DNA from: Eledone cirrhosa
Lineage: Eukaryota
DNA length: 64,000 nt
Assembly: GCA_964016885.1 (NCBI GenBank)
Contig: OZ024759.1
Location: forward strand, 13,268,001 to 13,332,000
Direction: 5' to 3'
The notes under the pieces were generated by a model that worked only from the letters and a program-made list of their open reading frames with translations, was not told the DNA's origin and ran no database searches. This document shows positions 12,071 to 23,381 of this stretch, piece by piece. Made by a program: the position numbers and the translations under genes. Every line of letters begins with the position of its first letter. Within the stretch, counting starts at the first letter, position 1.

Positions 12071-13367
12071 CCTCAAATTGTATGTGTGTGTGTTTCCTAT
12101 GACTGTTGTGGTGGTGGTGGTGCTAGTGGTGACAGTTGTGGTGGTGGTGGTGGTGGTGACTGTGGTGGTGGTGGTGACTGTGGTGGTGGTGACTGTGGTG
12201 ACTGTGGTGACTGGTGATTGTGGTAGTGATGACAGTTGTAGTTGTGGTGGTGGGGACTGTGGTGGTGGGGACTGTGGTGGTGGTGGTGATGACAGTTGTA
12301 GTTGTGGTGGTGATTGTGGTAGTGGGGACTGTGGTGGTGGTGACTGGTGATTGTGGTGGTGGTGGTGGTGACTGTGGTGGTGGTGGTGGTGGTGACTGTG
12401 GTGGTGGTGGTGGTGGTGACTGTGGTGACTGTGGTGACTGGTGGTGGTGATTGTGGTAGTGATGACAGTTGTAGTTGTGGTGGTGGGGACTGGTGATGGT
12501 GGTGGTGACTGCAGTTGTTGTGGCAGTTGTAGTGGTGGTGGTGACTGTTGCGGTGGTGGTACTGGTAGTGGTGGTGCTGGTAGTGGTGACTGTGGTGATT
12601 GGTGGTGGTGTTGGTGACTGGTGGTGGTGGTGGCTGTAGTTGTGACAGTTGTAGTGATGATGGTGGTGGTGACTGTTGTGGTGGTGACTGTTGTGGTGGT
12701 AGTGGTGGTACTGGTAGTGGTGGTGCTGGTAGTGGTGGTGGTGGTGAATATGGTGGCAGTAGTTGTGGCAGTTGTGGTGGTGGTGGTGGTGGTGGTGTTG
12801 GCGACTGGTGGTGGTGACTGTTGTGGTGGTAGTGGTGGTGGTGGCTGTAGTTGTGACAGTTATGGTGGTGGTGGTAACAGTTGCGGTGGTGGTGACTGTG
12901 GTGGTGGTGTTGGTGACAGTTGCGGTGGTGGTGTTGGTGGCGGTAGTTGTGGTGGTGGCTGTAGTTGTGGCAGTTGTAGTGGCGGTGGTGGTGGTAACAG
13001 TTGCTGTGGTGGTGGTGGTGGTGGTGTGGGTGACAGTGGTGGTGTTAGTAGAAACAATTGAGGTTCAGGTGTTGACATACACAATTGTAAATGCAAATTT
13101 TACTTATCTCTACTTTAACCAATTAGTTGATCCCCCCCTCCCCACTCTCTATATATGTATGTATGTATACACACACACACACACACATATATCTTTATAT
13201 ATATATATATATACTAGCCGAATTACCCACGCATTGCTGCGTTTCACACATGTTTTTTGTAAGAAAATGATGATTGATTTTAAATCAGTGATATAATTTA
13301 TGGAGGAAAACTCTGCATTTCAATATTACTCAAACATGGAAAACATTATATTTTGTAATATATCAAT

Positions 13368-13686
13368 GGAGGCACATGGCTTAGTGGTTAGAGCATTGGC
13401 TTTGCAATTGAAAGGTTGTGAGTTCAATTCTCAGACCGGGTGATGTGTTGTTTCCTTGAGCAAGACACTTTATTTCACATTGCTCCAGTTTACTCAGCTG
13501 TAGAAATGAGATGATAGGGACTGGGGTCCCTATCATTCCACTGCAAAGTGGTCGTGGAGGTGCCACGGCAAAAAAAGCACCCAACACTCACTGTAAATGA
13601 GGTTGGTGTTAGGAAGGGCATCCAGCTGTAGAAATCAAGCCAGAATCAGTTCCCGTCCCACCCTTGCAAGCAGGGAAAAGCGGACA
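13368..13686 (+). mobile_element. tRNA-derived CORE-type SINE family A
   Basis: GGAGGCACATGGCTTAGTGGTTAGAGC head, GAGTTCAATTC B box, CCTTGAGCAAGACACTT core. Abuts an inverted family B SINE (13686-13850). Confidence 0.85.
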
Positions 13687-13972
13687 AGGCCAGCAATTAT
13701 CCCAGTGTATTACAGGTACATTATTTTATTGACCCCGTAAGGATGAAAGGCAAAATTAACCTCGGCGGGATTTGAACTCAGACCATAAAGGGTCGTAACT
13801 CTATGCGTCGAAGCATAGTGTCTGACCCTCTACTGATACTGCCAATCCACAATAATAAGTTGAGGGGACTAGCATAAAGTTTCCCTGCTAATACTAGTTG
13901 CATCTCAGCGTACTCGATAGGTAAGGTTATGTAAAAAAAAAAATATATATATATATATAATTGTTTCTATAT

Positions 13973-14305
13973 AGGCACATGGCTTAGTGGTTAGAGCATT
14001 GGCCTTGCAATTGAAAGGTTGTGAGTTCAATTCTCAGACCGGGTGATGTGTTGTTTCCTTGAGCAAGACACTTTATTTCACATTGCTCCAGTTTACTCAG
14101 CTGTAGAAATGAGATGATAGGGACTGGGTTCCCTATCATTCCACTGTAAAGTGGTCGTGGAGGTGCCACGGAAAAAAAGCACCCAACACTCACTGTAAAT
14201 GAGGTTGGTGTTAGGAAGGGCATCCAGCTGTAGAAATCAAGCCAGAATCGGTTCCCGTTCCACCCTTGCAAGCAGGGAAAAGGGGACATAAGATAATGAT
14301 GATGA
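13973..14305 (+). mobile_element. SINE family A
   Basis: Near-identical to 13368-13686, with a (GAT)n tail. Confidence 0.85.
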
Positions 14306-14330
14306 TATCAAATCAAAATTACTTTATTAA

Positions 14331-14548
14331 CCCTTTAGTATTTACATTAGTCTATATATGCTATTGTATTGTCACAGTAAAGACTTTATCTTACATAATT
14401 ATCCCACATAATATTGAATCTATGAGATTTTGATATTTATTTTGAGAACAATACTATAATGTCAGTATGAGTAGCCAGTTATGGCTGGTTTAAGCAGAAA
14501 GAGATGAGAGAGTTCTGACCAGATATGGCCGGTTTAAATGCTAAAGGG
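14331..14548 (-). mobile_element. piggyBac-like MITE M1
   Basis: TTAA|CCCTTTAG ... CTAAAGGG. Further copies at 15881-16085, 25204-25420, 26146-26331 and 53554-53905. Confidence 0.8.
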
Positions 14549-14798
14549 GTAAATCTTATTCTTATTTTGTTTCTTGTACTAGACTGGATGTTCTGTGGTA
14601 CCAACATAACTTTACAGAGAAAGGGTGGTGTGGGAGGAGGTTGGAGTTGGGGTAGTGGGTTGGGGGTATATTTGGTTAAGGGGTGCCTACTGACTGCAGT
14701 TTTAAATTTGTACGTAAGGGAAGGTGGGTCTTCTGTAACACTCGATCCAGTGACATTTAAATATTTGAAAGCCCTACAATGTGTACAAGATTAAAAGT

Positions 14799-15123
14799 AC
14801 CAATTCACAGCCAACAAATATTGGGTCATTTGACCCAACATTCTGACTCTACCAATTCACAGCCAACAAATACTGGCTCATTTGACCCAACACTTTGACT
14901 TCCAATTCACAGCCAACAAATACTGGGTCATTTGACCCAACACTTTGACTCTACCAATTCACAGCCAACAAATACTGGGTCATTTGACCCAACACTTTGA
15001 CTCTACCAATTCACAGCCAACAAATACTGGCTCATTTGACCCAACACTTTGACTCTACCAATTCACAGCCAACAAATACTGGCTCATTTGACCCAACACT
15101 TTGACTCTACCAATTCACAGCCA
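14799..15123. repeat. 52-bp minisatellite, ~6 copies
   Basis: ACCAATTCACAGCCAACAAATACTGGGTCATTTGACCCAACACTTTGACTCT units with an internal GGGTCA/TGACCC hairpin. Confidence 0.9.
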
Positions 15124-15439
15124 GCTCTAATTAGAATAAGATTTTGTGAAATGTCAAGAGTTAATCTAGATTTAATTTTTCTTTTCTTTTATCAAAAGTT
15201 AAATGTTAAATTGAGGTGCATTAAACAGATTTATGTAATTTAAATAGAATAAAAATAAAACCATTGTTTTGTTATTCTCAAATTTCAGAAGAGTTATAAA
15301 TTAATTTAGGAGGAATGAGAAAGGGTTAATGCTGAGAAAACAGTAAAATTATTTTTTTTAAATGTTAGAATGCCTGAGAGTTGAAATGGTGGTGTTTCTG
15401 GTTTAAATTTAGGTTAATATAAACTTAATTAAACCTACG

Positions 15440-15755
15440 GTCAAATACCAACTGAACTGTTGATCAGCTGAAGGTCAAACAGACTGAACTGTTGATCAAC
15501 CTAAGATCGAAGACCAATGAACAGTTGATCAACTTGTGAGTCAAAAATCAACTGAATTGTTGATCAACTTGTGAATCAAAGATCAACTGAACTGTTGATC
15601 AACTTGTAAATCAAAGACCAACTGAACTGATGATCAACTTGTAAATCAAAGACCAACTGAACTGATGATCAACTTGTGAATCAAAGACCAACTGAATTTG
15701 ATCAATTTGTGAATCAAAGGGTGACTCAAAGACCAACTGAAGTGTTGATCAAGCT
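15440..15755. repeat. Degenerate ~35-bp minisatellite (TCAAAGACCAACTGAACTGTTGATCAACTTGTGAA)
   Basis: About 9 visible units. Confidence 0.8.
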
Positions 15756-16279
15756 AACAATATCACCAAATCTAAAAATCCAATCATATGGTCCAATGAC
15801 AAATAGACAAGTGACAATATTCGAGAATGCTGAAGTTAGTTCTCTATGTTAACCAGTGATTAATACAATAACAGTTTAAACCCTTTAACATTTACATTAC
15901 TCTATATTTACTATTGTATTTTCACTGTAAAGGCTTTATCTCACATAATATCAAACCTATGAGATTTTGATATTTATTTTAAGAACAATACCTTAACATC
16001 AGTAAGAGTGGCCAGTTGCAGCCACTTTAAACAGAAAGAGGTGAGAGAATTCTGGCTGGATATAACTGGTTTAAATGCTAAATGTTTAAAGCCATGTATG
16101 TCCCTTGCTATGTATGATAGTAACAACAACAACAGCAATGTTTAACACAGTATGCCCCCCCCCCCGTTATTTATGTTAAAATGACAAACCGGATACACTG
16201 GATTACTTATAGTTTGTCCATTATACATACTTCCTATATCATTATAGTATATATCTATATAAGGCTTGTGTGTCGTATG

Positions 16280-16310
<31 letters not shown>

Positions 16311-16709
16311 CCATACAGACACACAAGTCTTATATATATATATATATATCTATATATCATCATCATCATCATCATTTTACGTCTGCTAATCCCTGCTTGT
16401 GTAAATGTAAAAATATATATGTATGTGTAAATGTAAATATATATATATGTGTAAATATAGATATAGAAGTAGGATAAATATATATATATAGAAGCAGAAG
16501 GTTCAGTAAATCTATAGAAATTTTTTAATGTAACACCTCCATTTTGTTCTTGTGTATATATATATATATATACATATGTACACAAGTACACATATACATA
16601 TATATAAAGAGGCATGTAAGTGTGTGTATATATATATATATATAAACACACACACACACACATATATATATATAAAGTGGCATGTAAGTGTGTGTGTGTA
16701 TATATATAT

Positions 16710-17057
16710 CATCATCATCATCATCATCATTTCATTTTACGTCCACTTTTCCCTGCTTGCAAGGGTGGGACGGGAACTGATTCTGGCTTGATTTCTACAG
16801 CTGGATGCCCTTCCTAACACCAACCTCATTTACAGTGAGTGCTGGGTGCTTTTTTGCCGTGGCACCTCCACGACCACTTAACAGTGGAATGATAGGGACC
16901 CCAGTCCCTATCATCTCATTTCTACAGCTGAGTAAACTGGAGCAATGTGAAATAAAGTGTCTTGCTCAAGGAAACAACACATCACCCGGTCTGAGAATTG
17001 AACTCACAACCTTTCGATTGCAAGGCCAATGCTCTAACCACTAAGCCATGTGCCCCC
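16710..17057 (-). mobile_element. SINE family A
   Basis: Reverse complement of the family A sequence with a (CAT)n tail. Confidence 0.85.
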
Positions 17058-17258
17058 ATATGGTATATATATATATATCGTTTCTGAATTTGTTTAGCAA
17101 GATTCTTTATCTGAAATCGTGTGTTGAAACTGATATTGTTATACTTTGGGAGGGTCATGTTGCCAATAAGAAACACACGCACCAGTTGCTTTCACTTCAA
17201 TTTATTATAAATTTCTGGTTGGTTGGTTGGTTCCACAACCAGATAGTTATTTATATAT

Positions 17259-17303
17259 AGTCATAGTTCTTTCGTCACACACTCTGTGACCTCTTCAGTG
17301 ACT
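17259..17303 (-). ncRNA. Minimal hammerhead ribozyme motif (mirror copy)
   Basis: Reverse complement reads AGTCA-CTGAAGA-GGTCACA-GAGTG-TGTGAC-GAAA-GAAC-TA-TGACT. Confidence 0.7.
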
Positions 17304-17412
17304 GGGGATTCCTTTCTTTGTTTCTGTGCCTCTCCTTTGTTCTGTCCTACGCCATTTTGTTTCTGTGTGTGTCACAGAAAGGAGAGGCACAGAAACAAAG
17401 AAAGGAATCCCC

Positions 17413-17455
17413 AGTCACTGAAGAGGTCACAGTGTGTGACGAAAGAACTATGACT
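17413..17455 (+). ncRNA. Minimal type I hammerhead ribozyme motif
   Basis: AGTCA-CTGAAGA-G-GTCACA-GTG-TGTGAC-GAAA-GAAC-TA-TGACT. Stem I AGTCA/TGACT, stem II GTCACA/TGTGAC, intact CUGANGA/GAAA core, cleavage triplet CUA. Confidence 0.7.
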
Positions 17456-17611
17456 ATATATAAACAACTATCTGGTTGTGGAACCAACCAACCAACCAGA
17501 AATTTATAAATTTATAAATATATAATAAATTGAAGTGAAAGCAACTGGTGCGTGTGTTTCTTATTGGCAACATGACCCTCCCAAAGTATAACAATATATA
17601 TATATATATAT

Positions 17612-18043
17612 ATAAAATATTAAACAAATAATGAATAAAACAATGAAACAGTTCCTTATATTAAACAAAAAAAGTTCATTATTTAACGATCGTTTCTAGG
17701 ATATATATGTGTTAGAATTGGCATGCATATTCAACAGATCTATGTACAAAATTATACAAAATTATACAAACTATCAAGATTAAATATACATACCAAACAC
17801 ACATATACGCCGTCTTCAGAAATAATTGATTATTTCTGAAGACGGCGTATATGTGTGTTTGGTATGTATATTTAATCTTGATAGTTTGTATAATTTTGTA
17901 TAATTTTGTACATAGATCTGTTGAATATGCATGCCAATTCTAACACATATATATCCTAGAAACGATCGTTAAATAATGAACTTTTTTTGTTTAATATAAG
18001 GAACTGTTTCATTGTTTTATTCATTATTTGTTTAATATTTTAT
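17612..18043. repeat. Perfect palindrome: 215-bp arms, 2-nt spacer (Penelope-like element derived)
   Basis: 17612-17826 is the reverse complement of 17829-18043, with no mismatch seen by eye. Confidence 0.9.
17829..17977 (+). ncRNA. Hammerhead-like motif with long stem II and palindromic stem III (mirror copy at 17678-17826 on the minus strand)
   Basis: ATTATTT-CTGAAGA-[116 nt hairpin]-GAAA-CGATCG-TT-AAATAAT. Stem I is 7 bp and the triplet is GUU. The base of stem II is imperfect. Confidence 0.55.
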
Positions 18044-18439
18044 CTTGACTCTGTATACCGTTTATCTTTCACCGAAAGTGATTTTTCATTACATCTCTTC
18101 TTTCCATGATATCCGGAATACATTGAGTTCTTCATACGGATTGGACACTACCGTAAACTCTTGGTAGATTTATCTACATATATATATATATATATATATA
18201 TATAAACACACTCCCCTCTCTTTCTGAACTCAAGAAACTTCAGGGATTTTTCTTTCCTTGTGTTCTTATTTGTGAACAATAGTGATAAGAGGGCAATAGG
18301 CATATAGTCTCTCTCTCTTTCTCTCTCTCTTTCTCACATTCTCTCTTTCTCACATTCTCTCTTTCTCTCTCTCAGCCCCCCTCTCTCTCACCCCCTCTCA
18401 CACCCCCTCTCTCACCCCCCTCTCTCACCCCCCTCTCTG

Positions 18440-18830
18440 ATCGTTAATGTTTTATGTCCATTTTTCCACACTAGCATGGCTTAGACTGAGTTTCGCTAGG
18501 TTTCTACAGCTGGATGTCCTTCCTAACACCAATCTTGTGGATTGGACTACAGAGTGGACTGGGTGCATTTTGTCATGACACCAACACAACCACATTACAG
18601 GGTGGACTGGGTGTTTTTTTGTCATGGCACCAACACATTACAGGGTGGACTGGGTACATTTTGTCATGGCACCAACACACCCACATTACAAGGTGGACTG
18701 GGTGCTTTTTGTCATAACACCAACACAACCACATTACAGAGTGGACTGGGTGCATTTTGTCATGGCACCAACACAACCACATTACAGAGTGGACTGGGTG
18801 CATTTTGTCATGGCACCAACGCAACCACAG
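18440..18830 (-). mobile_element. Degenerate SINE 3' part with an internal ~48-bp tandem expansion (~6 copies)
   Basis: CTACAGCTGGATGTCCTTCCTAACACCAA SINE motif followed by ACATTACAGAGTGGACTGGGTGCATTTTGTCATGGCACCAACACAACC units. Confidence 0.7.
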
Positions 18831-19042
18831 TTAAGCATGTTCGACATCAATTAGGTGCGTGAGATTTAGTAGGTAGGTAGATTTAGTATATAGTTACAAG
18901 TAGTAATTAGTAGGTGAGCTAATTAACAGGAGTTGATTAAGATTTTGTTGATTATTGACCGGTTAACTATTGAACTTTGTCTGTTATCTCCATCTCAGTG
19001 TTTTAATTAACAGCTTAAGGTGAAACTCACTGAGATCTGTGG

Positions 19043-19075
<33 letters not shown>

Positions 19076-19179
19076 CATACATACACTGTGATAATATACT
19101 GAGTATATGTATGTATGTAGGTGTGTGTATATATATACATACACACATACACTGTGATAATATACTGTATATATGTATG

Positions 19180-19233
<54 letters not shown>

Positions 19234-19302
19234 CACACTCACATACACTGTGATAATATACTGTGTGTATGTATGTATGTATGTGTGTATATATATATAT
19301 AT

Positions 19303-19908
19303 GTCAGGTCACCAGTTGGTGCTACTGGTAACATGTATCCCAGTACAACCTGTCTCATGGTCGGGTCGTTGGCGACTAAACTGGCAACCCCACCAAGGTT
19401 TCTTGGTGAGGAGGGTGACTTTGGACATCCTGCAGGACTAAAAACAAAACCTGTCAAAGGGCAAGGGAGCTCTTAAGAGTCAATAGCCATCCAAAATCAC
19501 TGGGAGAGATGACCCCTTAGCCTTTGTCAAGGCAGAATTCTAGGAGAAGGAAAACTCTGATATAACACCTGCAACCCTGATGGTATCCAATGATGTCGAC
19601 TTGTTCTTCTTTTTGGTAAATATCATCTTGGTTAAGAGAGTGGGACTGGCTTTGTGCAGTGCCTTTGCTCACTATAAAAGCTTCACAGCACAGGCATTGC
19701 TTTATATCTGGAGATCTCTCTGCACTTGTCATCACATGGTACCATGGGCCCTGCACTATGTGTCAATAATGGTCACAAGTGTAGTCTTTGTACCAGAGTT
19801 TTCAAGTCGCTGGCTGGACTAAAAAGTCACATTCGTTCAGCGCATCGGTAGGGGTTCTCCTACATGGATATAAAGTAGTGGCCGTACTCGAAAACGAGTT
19901 GGCAGCCA

Positions 19909-19910
<2 letters not shown>
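19303..19910 (+). mobile_element. Bipartite non-autonomous RTE-derived retroelement (5' UTR-like part plus a C2H2 zinc-finger 3' end)
   Basis: TAGGAGAAGGAAAACTCTGA RTE-like 5' UTR motif. 19768-19851 encodes [27 protein letters not shown]. Flanked by (TA)n; a 5'-truncated copy lies at 63548-63691. Confidence 0.6.
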
Positions 19911-19944
<34 letters not shown>

Positions 19945-20065
19945 CCACACTCACATACACTGTGATAATATACTGTGTATATGTATGTATGTATGTATGT
20001 GTGTATATATATATATATATACACATACACTGTGATAATATACTGTGTATATGTAGGTATGTATG

Positions 20066-20113
<48 letters not shown>

Positions 20114-20157
20114 CACACCCACACTCACATACACTGATAATATACTGAGTATATGTA

Positions 20158-20199
<42 letters not shown>

Positions 20200-20337
20200 C
20201 ATACATACATACATACATATACACAGTATATTATCAGTGTATGTATGTATGTGTGTATATATATATATATACACACACACACACCCACACTCACATACAC
20301 TGTGATAATATACTGTGTATATGTAAAAGACACAACA

Positions 20338-20509
20338 AAAAGCACCCACCTCACACTGTCAATGTGGTTGGTGTTAGGAAGGGCATCCAGCCGTAGAAAA
20401 CCCGCCAGACAGTCCTATACGAGCGAGACGACCACTCTTGCCTCAAGTGGGATAATTCCCGTCTAAACCCATGCTAGCATGGAAGATAGACGTTAAACGA
20501 TGATGATGA

Positions 20510-20512
<3 letters not shown>
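20338..20512 (+). mobile_element. SINE 3' half with an RTE-like tail (CCCATGCTAGCATGGAAGATAGACGTTAAAC(GAT)n)
   Basis: Homologues at 41389-41550 (-) and 51850-51945 (+). Confidence 0.7.
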
Positions 20513-20561
<49 letters not shown>

Positions 20562-20744
20562 CCACATACACTGTGATAATATACTGTGTATATGTATGTG
20601 TGTATATATATATATATATATACACACCCACACTCACTTACACTGTGATAATATACTGTGTATATGTATGTATGTATGTGTGTGTATATATATATATATA
20701 CACATACAGACCCACACTCGCATACACTGTGATAATATACTGTG

Positions 20745-20776
<32 letters not shown>

Positions 20777-20882
20777 TGTGTATATATATATATATATACA
20801 CATACACACCCACACTCACATACACTGTGATAATATACTGTGTATATGTATGTATATGTATGTGTATATACAAGTATAAAAG

Positions 20883-20913
<31 letters not shown>

Positions 20914-20999
20914 AACACACACACAAACACACATGCACTGATAATATACTGTATATATATATATATACACACACACACATGCACTGTGATAATATACTG

Positions 21000-21034
<35 letters not shown>

Positions 21035-21059
21035 GCACATGCACTGTGATGATAATATA

Positions 21060-21104
<45 letters not shown>

Positions 21105-21360
21105 CACACAAACAAATGTATTTTTGTGTTTCTCAATAAACCCGTTCAATAGACTTGGTCCAGAATTATAATATTTCATAATAATTCAAGTATAAAAGAT
21201 ATATATATAGAGAGAGAAAGGACCATATACAACAATATATATATTTCAAGTATAAAAGATATATATATCTTTTATACTTGAAATATATATATATTGTTGT
21301 ATATGGTCCTCTCTCTCTCTCTTTCTCTCCTTCTCTCCCTCTCTCCCTCTCTCTCTCTCC

Positions 21361-21418
<58 letters not shown>

Positions 21419-21490
21419 TACTTGAAATATATATATTGTTGTATATGGTCCTTTCTCTCTCTCTCTATATATATATATCTTTTATACTTG

Positions 21491-21535
<45 letters not shown>

Positions 21536-21825
21536 CGACCATATACAACAATATATATATTTCAAAGACAAAATATGTACTCTCCATCTAGAGTACATAT
21601 TTTTTCCTAGAAATATGTGATCTGTATATATACAATATATTGTTTTCTCACAGATATATGGTCCTTTCTCTCTCTATATATATATCTTTTATACTTGAAA
21701 TATACATACATACATACATACAAACATGTATGTATGTATGTATATATATGTATCATCATCATCTTCGTTTAACGTCCATTTTCCACGCTAGCATGGGTTA
21801 GGTGTATGTATGTATATATATGTAT

Positions 21826-22108
21826 GGAGGCACATGGCTTAGTGGTTAGAGCATTGGCCTTGCAATCGAAAGGGTGTGAGTTCAATTCTCAGACCGGGTG
21901 ATGTGTTGTTTCCTTGAGCAAGACACTTTATTTCACATTGCTCCAGTTTACTCAGCTGTAGAAATGAGATGATAGGGACTGGGGTCCCTATCATTCCACT
22001 GCAAAGTGGTCGTGGAGGTGCCACGGTAAAAAAGCACCCAGCACTCACTGTAATTGAGGTTGGTGTTAGGAAGGGCATCCAGCTGTAGAAATCAAGCCAG
22101 AATCAGTT
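21826..22108 (+). mobile_element. SINE family A (3' truncated)
   Basis: Family A head, core and body. Confidence 0.85.
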
Positions 22109-22243
22109 ATTTGTCACCACTATACAGAACATCTCAATGAAAATATTGCTAAAATATATCTAATTCAGTGACTTTGTATAAGTTATTCTTTCTCTCTCTA
22201 TATGTGTATATATCATCATCACCATCATCATCATACGTCCGCT

Positions 22244-22857
22244 TTTAAAACCTCCATGGAACAAACTACCTCCATCAGTTGTTAGCTGTCGAGACACTGC
22301 ATCCTTTAAAACCTCCATGGAACAAACTACCTGCATCAGTTGTTAGCTGTCGAGACACTGCATCCTTTAAAACCTCCATGGAACAAACTACCTGCATCAG
22401 TTGTTAGCTGTTGAGACACTGCATCCTTTAAAACCTCCATGGAACAAACTACCTGCATCAGTTGTTAGCTGTCGAGACACTGCATCCTTTAAAACCTCCA
22501 TGGAACAAACTACCTGCATCAGTTGTTAGCTGTCGAGACACTGCATCCTTTAAAACCTCCATGGAACAAACTACCTCCATCAGTTGTTAGCTGTCGAGAC
22601 ACTGCATCCTTTAAAATCTCCATGGAACAAACTACCTGCATCAGTTGTTAGCTGTCGAGACATTGCATCCTTTAAAACCTCCATGCTTCCTGAGATTTGC
22701 CAACACTAGACCTAATATTCCCCCTCCATATACACGCACACATGTATATCATGACTCATACAATGTTCACTTCCCTGACATTTGTACATTATTCTATGTA
22801 TTATACATGCACCTTTGATGAGTTGTAGTGTACCTGAGCACTGTACACAATAATTTC

Positions 22858-22872
<15 letters not shown>
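22244..22872 (+). mobile_element. 5'-truncated CR1/L2-group LINE 3' end with a 61-bp tandem amplification (7 copies) of its terminal coding segment
   Basis: The unit translates as WNKLPASVVSCRDTASFKTS. The last copy continues MLPEICQH*, then a 3' UTR and an (ATT)n tail. Confidence 0.75.
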
Positions 22873-22908
<36 letters not shown>

Positions 22909-23381
22909 TAAACACACACACACAGTGTACCCCTGGAATTTGCGGTCCGGTTATTCGCGGAATTTTCCTTAGAATCTAACTAATAATTGTTTGTGGAAAT
23001 CCCCACATATTCACAGTATTGTAAATATTTTCAGCAATTTTTTGAATGGCTTTTTTCGTGGCAATATATTTGAACACTAAATTATTAACAATATACTATA
23101 TTTGGCAGTATCGGTAGAGGGTCGGACATGCTTTCCAGCTTAGTTACGTCTCTTTACGATCTGAGATCAAATCCCGCCGAGGTTAACTTTGCCTTTCATC
23201 CTTACGGGGTCGATAAAATAAAGTACCAGTAATACACTAGGGTAATTGCTGGCTTTGTGCCAAAAGTAGAAACAATATACTATATTTGCTGGCCTATTGG
23301 ACGGCCCTTCGCATTGGATGCTCCCTCTTTTTTTAAAAATTATATTTTACATTATATTTTGACATTTATAGATATTATAAT

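Larger units (their letters stand above)
17133..17597. mobile_element. Foldback (inverted-repeat) element, probably Penelope-like pLTR-derived; ~205-bp arms, 39-nt spacer
   Basis: Arms 17133-17338 and 17378-17597 are reverse complements, and each carries a minimal hammerhead motif. Confidence 0.7.
19040..21110. repeat. Compound satellite: CATACACTGTGATAATATACTGTGTATATG anchor interspersed with TA/CA/TATG microsatellites
   Basis: The anchor recurs about 20 times. Interrupted by elements at 19303-19910 and 20338-20512. Confidence 0.85.

Noticed and set aside
13368-13445. tRNA genes at SINE heads
   Set aside because: A and B boxes are present but run into SINE bodies with no proper cloverleaf or terminator; these are tRNA-derived SINE heads.
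13381-13587. Recurrent small ORF '...[33 protein letters not shown]...' in about 8 places
   Set aside because: It is the antisense reading of SINE family A, not a gene family.
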